Source: a virus
DNA: 64,000 nt
Strand: one strand, 5' to 3'
IMG/VR virus record: IMGVR_UViG_3300030101_003608
Coordinates: 46,526-110,525 of that record
The position numbers and the translations under genes were made by a program. Of the stretch, positions 41,232 to 48,851 are shown piece by piece. The stretch's first letter is position 1, and every line of letters starts with the position of its first letter. The notes below the pieces were generated by a model. The model was not told the origin of the DNA, made no database searches, and worked only from the letters and a program-made list of their open reading frames with translations.

Positions 41232-41837
41232 TTAATTTACTTCTAATTCAACAGTTGCTCCTTTTACTACAGCAAACTTAAAGTCAAGATGTACTGTTGC
41301 TTCCCACTGAGCTGCATGTAAACCGACAACCTTTACAAGATTTTCTGTAACAGGTAAAGAATTGTTAAATACTGTAAGATACATTAGTGTTCCTACAGCA
41401 GTTGCATTTGTACCAACATCTGTAATTAATGTGCCTGCATTAGCTAGTGGTGTACGATCTACTGTAACTCCTTGATCTAAAGCAGATATTAAACTAGAAT
41501 CTTCAATAAGTTTTATTGCTTGACCTTCTGAAACATTTATTGTCCCCATTCCTTGAACAATCTCATAATTTCCTGCTCCATTTAATGTAGGGATTAATAA
41601 CTTTTCTCCTTGATATTTCCAAACATCATGTTCAACTCCATCTACAACATATGATTCATTCTCACACTTTTGAATGAAGCAAGCTCCATCGGTAGTTCCT
41701 GAAACAAGTTTTGAAGTAGTTCTTAAACCAAGATCTCTAAGAAAAAAGTCTATGCTTGTATTTAAATATTGCCAAAGTTGCGTTCTTTTAGAAGCAAACT
41801 CTTTTAAAATTTTTGCTCTGTATTCTGATAATGCCAT
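41232..41837 (-). CDS. Hypothetical structural protein
   Basis: Likely start MALSEY (41837), after a TGTATATTT element and A-rich leader. Confidence 0.6.
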   Translation of the reverse strand: MALSEYRAKILKEFASKRTQLWQYLNTSIDFFLRDLGLRTTSKLVSGTTDGACFIQKCENESYVVDGVEHDVWKYQGEKLLIPTLNGAGNYEIVQGMGTINVSEGQAIKLIEDSSLISALDQGVTVDRTPLANAGTLITDVGTNATAVGTLMYLTVFNNSLPVTENLVKVVGLHAAQWEATVHLDFKFAVVKGATVELEVN

Positions 41838-41904
41838 TTTTTTGTTTTTGATAAATATACATTTATAATATAATAAAAAATTATGTAATATAAAAGTATA
41901 GATC

Positions 41905-41939
41905 AAAAAAAGACCCTTTAGCAGATAAACTTAAGGGTC
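41905..41939 (-). terminator. Intrinsic terminator
   Basis: GACCCTT/AAGGGTC stem plus 7-U tract. Confidence 0.6.
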
Positions 41940-41975
41940 ATAAACAATATCTTGGGAGGTGGTTAAGATATTGTT

Positions 41976-42347
41976 TTAGTATAAACTTTTATAAAATATA
42001 GTAAAGCTGATTCCGTAAATTACTCTTGCAATTATTACATGTAGTAGTACAGGCCAAAAACCGCAATAGTTATATGCTAAGAAAAATATAGCAATAAATA
42101 AAAATAGATTTCTTAACAGTTTAAATAAATGCCATGCATCAGTTATTCCTACAAAGAAGGTAGTGCTTCCCCAAAACTTTGGACCTGCACCAGGTTCACC
42201 ACCCTTATACTTATTCTTCCAAGATATTGATGGATCCCAAAATTCTGAATCAAACTTGCTAAATATACTACTTGAATAGTGAAATTGTATTGTGTCCATT
42301 ACTGCTTCAGCAAGACCCGCAAGTGCCATAAATATAATATACATCAT
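41976..42347 (-). CDS. Membrane protein
   Basis: AVMDTIQFHY..SWKNKY..TDAWHLFK plus hydrophobic helices. Confidence 0.65.
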   Translation of the reverse strand: MMYIIFMALAGLAEAVMDTIQFHYSSSIFSKFDSEFWDPSISWKNKYKGGEPGAGPKFWGSTTFFVGITDAWHLFKLLRNLFLFIAIFFLAYNYCGFWPVLLHVIIARVIYGISFTIFYKSLY

Positions 42348-42550
42348 TTGTTACTTTTTTTCCAATGAAGGATTCCACCAATTAAAGCTCCTATAGATGC
42401 AATACCTACAACTATCTTTAAATACCAACTATCTAAATAATTTGTACATGTAATAAAATACACATACGCTATTGTCATACATAGTGCAAAAAGTATTTGT
42501 AAAATATCTAAAACTTTAAATGCTTTTGGTTTTTTATTATTTAAACTCAT
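42344..42550 (-). CDS. Small 2-TM membrane protein
   Basis: Two hydrophobic helices. Confidence 0.55.
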   Translation of the reverse strand: MSLNNKKPKAFKVLDILQILFALCMTIAYVYFITCTNYLDSWYLKIVVGIASIGALIGGILHWKKSNK

Positions 42551-42555
42551 AATAT

Positions 42556-42759
42556 TTAACTTTTAAAAATGTAATTATAAAGACCATATAAAATTAAAAG
42601 ACAACCAAAATACCCTATATAACCCATTAACCTACCCTCTTTATCTACATGACGCTCCTGAGTAACAGGGTCAATAAAATCTTTTGTCAATGCCATAGAT
42701 AGTATTGCTAAAATAAATGCAGCTACAATAGTAAATGTAGTTATTAGTACTTTAATCAT
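42556..42759 (-). CDS. Small 2-TM membrane protein
   Basis: Two hydrophobic helices. Confidence 0.55.
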   Translation of the reverse strand: MIKVLITTFTIVAAFILAILSMALTKDFIDPVTQERHVDKEGRLMGYIGYFGCLLILYGLYNYIFKS

Positions 42760-43091
42760 AACGTTTCTATTCTTTTTTGTAAATACAATAATGCTTTTTG
42801 TAATTCCTTTTTTTGTTTGGCCTTATCTCCTCTTCTAGATTTTACCACATACTTAATTACATTACCTAAATAAAAATCCTTATCAAGATTCCAAGATTCT
42901 AATGCCTTAAATACTTCATAAGGATTATCTTTACTTACAGACATGCATTCAGTTTTAAAATTTATATTGTAATCTGTCAATGAAGGTTTTCTTATTTCAT
43001 CGTTAATTATACCCTTACACATACTATCATATGGAGTTGTATTATGATGCATATTATTATACCAGTCATTTGATGATTCTTTTATTCCCAT
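42756..43091 (-). CDS. DUF3310-like protein
   Basis: FYLGNVIKYV..G.K..ELQKALLYL. Confidence 0.65.
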   Translation of the reverse strand: MGIKESSNDWYNNMHHNTTPYDSMCKGIINDEIRKPSLTDYNINFKTECMSVSKDNPYEVFKALESWNLDKDFYLGNVIKYVVKSRRGDKAKQKKELQKALLYLQKRIETL

Positions 43092-43381
43092 ACCATTATA
43101 ATATCATGAATTAACACCATCATCTTTAACTTACCGTCCATATCTATAATCTCAGCATTGTGAAGAGCACCAGTGCGGACATATACTTTATCCCCCTCCT
43201 TAAGATCATTAACTTCTGTTCCCACTGCAAAGACATTAAGATGAGTCCACTCTTTCATTAACTCCTTCTCTTGTTCTTTCTCCATGTCATCAGTAAGTAT
43301 AAGATCTAACTTACCTTCTTCTTTCTTTTTCTCAGGCTTATCTAACATAACCCTGTTTCCTCTCAATATAAATTTATTCAT
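43082..43381 (-). CDS. groES: GroES-like co-chaperonin
   Basis: LRGNRVML..mobile loop..VFAVGTEVNDLKEGDKV..HDII; likely start MNKF at 43381 after TATATTTG and an AACCAACAAA leader. Confidence 0.7.
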   Translation of the reverse strand: MNKFILRGNRVMLDKPEKKKEEGKLDLILTDDMEKEQEKELMKEWTHLNVFAVGTEVNDLKEGDKVYVRTGALHNAEIIDMDGKLKMMVLIHDIIMVWE

Positions 43382-43413
43382 TTCTTTGTTGGTTTTGAAC
43401 AAATATAGTAAAA

Positions 43414-44136
43414 TTAATTTAAAAGATTTATATGACCTATGATTTGCTTTTTATTACCCATTACATCACTATATACTACGACATATACATATGCTCCGCT
43501 TAAACTATTACCCGACCAGCCCTCTTCTAAGCTGTATGTTTCAAAAACTATATTGTTCCATCTATCATAAATAACCCAATGAAAATCTACTATTCCGTTT
43601 CCTATAGCTTTAATTACATCATTAGAGTTATCATCATTTGGTGTAAAAGCATTAGGTATGTACAGAGACACATCACATTCTATACCCATCTTAATATACC
43701 CACTATAAACTTTGTAAGGTACATTACCCCCGCATACACTAGATGAAAGAACAGACATGTCTAGATCTAACTCATCACAACTTTCTTTTGTAACAGCTTG
43801 TACACAAAATGAACGTATGCAAGATCCAGTAAAATCCCAATCACCAGGAAAGAAACTAAAATACCACCCATTATCTAACCAGACCCAGTCACCCTCTGTA
43901 GTAACAGAACAATTAGTAGGAGTATCTATAGGCATGATAGTATCCCATCCAGATCCTGGGATAACCACCATAGACTGAAGCATGCACTCATGACCCCCGA
44001 ACCAATCAGCTATCTCATAACACAAAGTAACAGTATCCCCAGAGTAATAATACTCAGAATAAGGATCTACAGAACTACTCTCTGTTTGACCAAAGCAAGT
44101 TAAAGGCACAATAAGCAGTAAGAGTCTTAGCAACAT
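43414..44136 (-). CDS. Secreted protein with T9SS type B (gliding motility-associated) C-terminal domain
   Basis: N-terminal signal peptide; C-terminal LYIPNAFTPNDDNSND..IYDRW..VFE..GW.G..GAYVY..GHINLL. Confidence 0.85.
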   Translation of the reverse strand: MLLRLLLLIVPLTCFGQTESSSVDPYSEYYYSGDTVTLCYEIADWFGGHECMLQSMVVIPGSGWDTIMPIDTPTNCSVTTEGDWVWLDNGWYFSFFPGDWDFTGSCIRSFCVQAVTKESCDELDLDMSVLSSSVCGGNVPYKVYSGYIKMGIECDVSLYIPNAFTPNDDNSNDVIKAIGNGIVDFHWVIYDRWNNIVFETYSLEEGWSGNSLSGAYVYVVVYSDVMGNKKQIIGHINLLN

Positions 44137-44329
44137 ACCTAAATATAAGAATTTTCCCCTTAAGGAAAAAATACCATGTTAGAGGTTGTAGTGGATCCTA
44201 TGCTGCAGCACCCCACCCCTCAACAGCTTTGGTGCACACCCCCTATGTTTTTAAAACAAAAAACATTTTTTTGCAAAAAGAATTCCTAATTTTTTTGACT
44301 GCTGAATGTTTGCTATGCCTACTACCTAT

Positions 44330-44354
44330 CCTAGCCTATAACTTGAATTGAATT
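44330..44354 (+). promoter_or_regulatory. Early promoter-like motif copy 1 (CTAGCC-N11-TTGAAT)
   Basis: CCTAGCC TATAACTTGAA TTGAATT, 16 nt before ATG 44371. Confidence 0.7.
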
Positions 44355-44370
44355 AATAAATTAAAGTACT

Positions 44371-44553
44371 ATGAAATATAATTGGAAGAAACATGTCAGA
44401 GATTCATCAAAGAAGAATTCTAACAAAAGATTGTGTAAGATGATTAATCAAAGATTAAGTCATTTAAGATGTTATGAGAATCAATTCTTAACTCAACAAA
44501 ATGCTGAGTTGAAGGAATTGCTTAGTGATGTTGAACTAAAACTGAGGGAGTAA
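44371..44553 (+). CDS. Early hypothetical protein
   Basis: 60 aa, flanked by promoter motif and terminator. Confidence 0.65.
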   Translation: MKYNWKKHVRDSSKKNSNKRLCKMINQRLSHLRCYENQFLTQQNAELKELLSDVELKLRE

Positions 44554-44570
44554 ATCCCTCTTTTTTATTT
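44544..44570 (+). terminator. Intrinsic terminator
   Basis: GAGGGA/TCCCTC stem plus U-tract. Confidence 0.7.
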
Positions 44571-44571
44571 C

Positions 44572-44596
44572 CCTAGCCTTTAACTTATATTGAATT
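44572..44596 (+). promoter_or_regulatory. Early promoter-like motif copy 2
   Basis: CCTAGCC TTTAACTTATA TTGAATT. Confidence 0.7.
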
Positions 44597-44611
44597 ATAA
44601 ATAATTACAAT

Positions 44612-44815
44612 ATGAAAGTTATACCACATAATGCTTTATACTTTATTATAAATAAAAGAACTATAAAGCTATTATCTCTATGCCAAGTATCTTGGTTCTA
44701 TGCTTACCGCAATTATGAAGAGTTTAAATATGGCTACAAACATATATGTGTTGTAGACCAACCCTTCATTAACACGTTTAACATTGTTAAACAGAAATAT
44801 CTTAAAGAACAATAA
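44612..44815 (+). CDS. Early hypothetical protein
   Basis: 67 aa between motif and terminator. Confidence 0.6.
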   Translation: MKVIPHNALYFIINKRTIKLLSLCQVSWFYAYRNYEEFKYGYKHICVVDQPFINTFNIVKQKYLKEQ

Positions 44816-44838
44816 AGAGGTTTACACCTCTTTTTTTT
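44814..44838 (+). terminator. Intrinsic terminator
   Basis: AAAGAGGT/ACCTCTTT stem plus U-tract. Confidence 0.7.
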
Positions 44839-44841
44839 CTT

Positions 44842-44866
44842 CCTAGCCCTTAAATTATATTGAATT
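44842..44866 (+). promoter_or_regulatory. Early promoter-like motif copy 3
   Basis: CCTAGCC CTTAAATTATA TTGAATT. Confidence 0.7.
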
Positions 44867-44880
44867 AAAAATTAAATATT

Positions 44881-45246
44881 ATGAAAACAATTACATTACT
44901 TATTTTCAAACTCCTACTAGATGCAGGAGTTGTTGTCCCAATGAATCAAACAAATGATGGTAGAGAACTCTACACATTATTCCCAAATGCAAACTCAGTT
45001 GCCTTTGAAGGCATAGGGCTAACCATCATTGATGCCCAAGAAGAGGGCACATACAATGATGCTGATGAATCATTAGCCTTTCTATACCTTGATGAATCAA
45101 TGCGTCTGCAAGAACTACCTACTGATGATACCAGTAGAGCAGTTATGTTTGACCATTGTTACAAGGGAGAAATACTAAACTGGATTCAAACACTAGAATT
45201 CTCATACAATGAGAAATTCCCTGATGAACCAGTAAAGGCTGAATAA
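44881..45246 (+). CDS. Early hypothetical protein
   Basis: 121 aa, acidic. Confidence 0.65.
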   Translation: MKTITLLIFKLLLDAGVVVPMNQTNDGRELYTLFPNANSVAFEGIGLTIIDAQEEGTYNDADESLAFLYLDESMRLQELPTDDTSRAVMFDHCYKGEILNWIQTLEFSYNEKFPDEPVKAE

Positions 45247-45256
45247 GCCTTTTTTC
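45234..45256 (+). terminator. Intrinsic terminator
   Basis: AAAGGCT/AGCCTTT stem plus U-tract. Confidence 0.65.
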
Positions 45257-45260
45257 TTTC

Positions 45261-45285
45261 CCTAGCCCAAATATTATAATGAATT
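45261..45285 (+). promoter_or_regulatory. Early promoter-like motif copy 4
   Basis: CCTAGCC CAAATATTATA ATGAATT. Confidence 0.65.
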
Positions 45286-45299
45286 TAAATTAATTAATT

Positions 45300-45431
45300 A
45301 TGAAGCATCTACAACAATATGTGCAAGCACTAATTATTGCACATGGAAAGCCTGTTAGATTACCTAACAGACAATTGACCATTGGCCAAGCCAATTTGAC
45401 TAAAGTCAAGAAGAAAAAGAAAAGGGATTAA
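45300..45431 (+). CDS. Early small basic protein, 43 aa
   Basis: Below ORF cutoff: MKHLQQYVQALIIAHGKPVRLPNRQLTIGQANLTKVKKKKKRD; between motif copy 4 and a terminator. Confidence 0.6.
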   Translation: MKHLQQYVQALIIAHGKPVRLPNRQLTIGQANLTKVKKKKKRD

Positions 45432-45443
45432 ACCCTTTTTTTT
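45421..45443 (+). terminator. Intrinsic terminator
   Basis: AAAGGG/CCCTTT stem plus long U-tract. Confidence 0.65.
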
Positions 45444-45482
45444 CTTTACCCTTCTTTGTCTTCGCAGCTAAAGCTGCTCAGA

Positions 45483-45507
45483 CCTAGCCTTAATATTGTA
45501 TTGCAAT
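45483..45507 (+). promoter_or_regulatory. Early promoter-like motif copy 5
   Basis: CCTAGCC TTAATATTGTA TTGCAAT. Confidence 0.6.
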
Positions 45508-45537
45508 ATTGCAATATAACCACTTAAATCTAAAATT

Positions 45538-46083
45538 GTGGAAAATCCAAATTTAACATTTTATGCTACGTTTTACAAAACTACCATAACAGGTAAGCAT
45601 CTCTTCAAAGTTCACGGAACTGATGAAGAAATTAACTCTTATGTTGAACATCTCAAAAAGAGAGGTGCAACAAAGATTTCATATTTAACCCAAAGTGACC
45701 AAAAGACACTTGTGTTAAATGAGAATGGACAAAAAGTTCCTTTGCACTTTTCACAGGATAAACCTGTTTCAAAGTTGCTAAATGAACGTTACCCTATGGT
45801 TACCACCCAAACAGGTGTTAACAAGGGGTCCATTAATCCTGACCTTAGATTAATCAAATTCGTTAATGATGCCATTAAAGAATATGGACCATCTAACTTA
45901 GACTTCTGCATATCAGAAGCAAGAACAAGTCTTGCTCATGCTATTGCACAAGACTATCAGGATACTGAAGAGTCTTCTCCTTCCCAAGAAGAAGAATCTC
46001 CAGTTACTGAAGAATCTACTGTTGATACTAAAAGTATCATCAATAAGATTGCTTCAGGTACAAAGAAGAAGAGCAAGTCTTAA
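45538..46083 (+). CDS. Early hypothetical protein (GTG start)
   Basis: 181 aa with S/E-rich linker and basic tail. Confidence 0.65.
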   Translation: MENPNLTFYATFYKTTITGKHLFKVHGTDEEINSYVEHLKKRGATKISYLTQSDQKTLVLNENGQKVPLHFSQDKPVSKLLNERYPMVTTQTGVNKGSINPDLRLIKFVNDAIKEYGPSNLDFCISEARTSLAHAIAQDYQDTEESSPSQEEESPVTEESTVDTKSIINKIASGTKKKSKS

Positions 46084-46095
46084 TCTTTGTGAATC

Positions 46096-46132
46096 AACAA
46101 GGGATCATAGATCCTTTGTTGTTTCTTTTTTC
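46096..46132 (+). terminator. Intrinsic terminator
   Basis: AACAAGGGATC/GATCCTTTGTT stem plus U-rich tail. Confidence 0.65.
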
Positions 46133-46149
46133 TTTAAAACCCTCTTTTT

Positions 46150-46174
46150 GCTAGCCATCAACTTACGTTGATGT
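46150..46174 (+). promoter_or_regulatory. Early promoter-like motif copy 6 (no ORF downstream)
   Basis: GCTAGCC ATCAACTTACG TTGATGT; same 11-nt spacing. Confidence 0.55.
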
Positions 46175-46258
46175 CATTTTGCAATACCAAAACCACAGCC
46201 AAAAGTGGATTGCAAATTTTATTTGGCTTGCTTTTTAACTAAAAGCAAAGACATCAGC
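46167..46258 (+). ncRNA. Candidate ~92-nt three-way-junction small RNA
   Basis: Closing stem GTTGATGTC/GACATCAGC; arms TTTGCAAT/ATTGCAAA (with CCAC/GTGG) and TTGCTTTT/AAAAGCAA; starts where motif copy 6 would initiate. Confidence 0.5.
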
Positions 46259-46609
46259 ACAAATAGTTGCAAAACTGAAAACTGAAAGCTAGTTATCAAT
46301 GTTTTGTAATTGTTTTGCGGAAATACTTGTGTGTTTTAATCTTTATAAGATAGTACAACATATACCTATATCATTGGTTGTAAGTATAAATTATTATTTC
46401 TCTATAGTATATAGTATATATAATATTTTATATAGCTAACTTTGTTGTAAAACAGATGTTAGTTTACCTTATACAGTATTAGTACTCTCTCTATATAGAG
46501 GAAGAGCATATGAGTTTCCCGATTTAATTAATAAGGTTAATCCATTAAGGGATTATTAAATGATATCCGTATGTGAAGATGCCTTATTATTATATTACTG
46601 CTTAAGTAG

Positions 46610-47015
46610 GCGTTGGTAGGTCTCGCAGGGTTGATCACCTAAATTCTACCACTAAAGACATAGGAAGTTCCTTTATACTATAACAGACAAAAGAATTACT
46701 TCCCGTCTTTATTACACCAAAAAATGGTATCCTAGGGAAAGACCTGGGTTGAGGTAGCGCCTCTGGATGGTGGATTAAAACCAAAGTGTCAGTTCCTGTT
46801 TTAAACCTAAAACAGAGAAGAGATGCTATTGTACAGAGTTTGAAAGTAAATCAGACAATTATACTGACCGTCTTACTGTGGTCTCTGTTGTGATAGTGTG
46901 TCGTGGGAGTTAAATGGCTGAAAATCCCGTTTTAGAGTAGGCCGAGAGTAGAGAAGATATAAAGTGTTCCTTTTACACAACTAAAAGATATTACACTTCA
47001 TCTTCTTTACTCTTA
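46610..47015 (+). ncRNA. Candidate structured RNA / long leader of the 47045 gene
   Basis: ORF-free, GC-enriched, at least seven hairpins, including two covarying copies of one motif (46653-46711, 46945-47013). Confidence 0.5.
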
Positions 47016-47044
47016 TTTTTTCACTTATTAATACTTATTGAATT

Positions 47045-48844
47045 ATGGCAAATTTTGCTGAACTTCGTTTATTTGGTCAAGCACTGAGAAAGACCAATGC
47101 TTCTGACACAGTTAACTCTGTACTTGTTAGAACTTGTGCATCTAAAGGATATGTTATGCGTATTGGATGTGATCCTGAAAGAGTAATGTCTTATATGCAG
47201 TCGTTACCAAACAATTATAATTCTACTTTCTATAAATCATTTAATGATGTTATTAATAGAAGTGAAGAAGCATGGTGGGTAGACCAGTGTATGCATTATG
47301 CATCTACATATGGTACAGGTCATACAGATACACCTTATGTTCCTAATAATAATCCTAGTCTAATTAACTTTTCTGAATGTAAGGTTATTGATCCTATTAC
47401 AATGGAAGAGCTTCATGATAAAATCCAAAATATGGCAGATTCAGGTATTGCTCTTAAGAATGATACTCTGAATGATATCTTCGAGTTAATTGAAGAGTTT
47501 GATATGTCATTTTGGACTGATAATATTAAGAACCGTGAGTTCTTGATTAGATATCATATTGCAAAAGGTATACCTTTTAAGAATGTAATTGAATCATTAC
47601 AAGCTATTAACTTTATCATTACTGGTAGCACTTGTATTGTTAAAAGTCATGATGCAATGAATGCGTATAGTTGTTCTAGTTCTTGGGATAGGTTTTCTAA
47701 TATCAAGGCATGTTTTTATTCACATTCTTTAGAAGAATGGGCAAGTATCTTCAATAGATATAAGCCCTTGTTTCTTGCTTTGAGAAATAGTGAGTTGAGA
47801 CCTATGATTAACAAGATATCTAAGTTATCTAAGAAACATCACGTTCCTACTGTTATGCCTATGAGTACAAAGTTCTTGACTCCTGAATATGTTAACAATG
47901 ATAAGTTAACTTTTCAGTCAAGACTTTGGTTACGTAAGTATGAGGATAGATCTTTATTTGAACTTGTAAAGTATTACAATGCTATACAAAAAAGAAGAAC
48001 AGGAAAGTTTATTGATACAATTAATATCAGAAATGGTAAAAGTTGGGTTAAAAAGAGTTCTTGGGAGCTTAATGAAGATAACTTGGATAAACTTAACAGT
48101 CAGGTTAGACGTTCAATATCTCATAAGATGAGAGAGAAATTACAAGGTAAAACTTTAAATCTCCCTTCTGGCTTAGGCATTACTCTTCCTACATCAGAAA
48201 AGAATTTCATTGGTACATTACCTATTGGTTCTTATATTGATGTTATGCCTCAAGATAATCTCATTGTTGGGATTTATTGGAAAGGTGAGGATGGTGCAAG
48301 CGATCTTGACTTGTCATTTACTGATATAGATGGTAAAACTATCTCTTGGTGTAATTCATACACTGATGCGGGTAATAACATTGTCTATTCAGGTGATATG
48401 ACATCTGCTGATCCTGAAGCTTCAGAGTATTTATTGTTCCGTAATGATATGCCTAATGGTATATTTATGTGTAACAATTATTCTGGTGCATCAGAAGCAA
48501 AGTATACATTTATTGTTGCTAGACTTCCTGAAGGTGAGAGTTTTAATACAAATCATATGGTACATCCAGATGATATTATATTTCAAACTCCTATGGTTAT
48601 GAGAAGTAATCAAATGTCTATGGCTATCCATATTGGTAGTAGATTTATCTTTACTGATAGAGCTATTGGCAATGGTAGAGTTGCTAGAGCAGGTGTTACT
48701 ACTCGTGACCTAATTCAGAGTCAAATTGAGATGGCAGATATGTCATTGACATTGAATGAATTTATAGATCATACTGAACTTGATGGTGAAGTAGTAGATC
48801 TAACTACTGATGACAAGTCAGCTTTAATTAGCTTATTGTCATAA
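47045..48844 (+). CDS. Large protein with helical N-terminal region and TerD-like C-terminal domain
   Basis: NSTFYKSF..QCMHYASTYG N-terminus; C-terminal GIYW..DLDLS..YSGDMTSA...ASEY resembles TerD-fold Ca-binding motifs. Confidence 0.6.
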   Translation: MANFAELRLFGQALRKTNASDTVNSVLVRTCASKGYVMRIGCDPERVMSYMQSLPNNYNSTFYKSFNDVINRSEEAWWVDQCMHYASTYGTGHTDTPYVPNNNPSLINFSECKVIDPITMEELHDKIQNMADSGIALKNDTLNDIFELIEEFDMSFWTDNIKNREFLIRYHIAKGIPFKNVIESLQAINFIITGSTCIVKSHDAMNAYSCSSSWDRFSNIKACFYSHSLEEWASIFNRYKPLFLALRNSELRPMINKISKLSKKHHVPTVMPMSTKFLTPEYVNNDKLTFQSRLWLRKYEDRSLFELVKYYNAIQKRRTGKFIDTINIRNGKSWVKKSSWELNEDNLDKLNSQVRRSISHKMREKLQGKTLNLPSGLGITLPTSEKNFIGTLPIGSYIDVMPQDNLIVGIYWKGEDGASDLDLSFTDIDGKTISWCNSYTDAGNNIVYSGDMTSADPEASEYLLFRNDMPNGIFMCNNYSGASEAKYTFIVARLPEGESFNTNHMVHPDDIIFQTPMVMRSNQMSMAIHIGSRFIFTDRAIGNGRVARAGVTTRDLIQSQIEMADMSLTLNEFIDHTELDGEVVDLTTDDKSALISLLS

Positions 48845-48851
48845 GACTACT

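Noticed and set aside
1470-43978. Plus-strand ORFs in the late region (1470, 2906, 7425, 9770, 14824, 18001, 19820, 20131, 21099, 22265, 23528, 26049, 26307, 28809, 32363, 34443, 36668, 38777, 41674, 43757)
   Set aside because: Antisense shadows of well-supported minus-strand genes, with no recognisable motifs.
44330-46174. CRISPR array or integron attC cassette array as the explanation for the CTAGCC repeats
   Set aside because: Repeats are degenerate and non-palindromic, spacers are 200-650 bp whole genes, there are no attC R boxes, and no integrase or cas gene is present.
46100-47040. tRNA, tmRNA, RNase P RNA, cobalamin/SAM riboswitch or group I/II intron
   Set aside because: I found no T-loop GTTC(G/A)A with acceptor stem and CCA, no GAGGAAAGTCC, and no recognisable riboswitch or intron core by eye; a covariance search is still needed.
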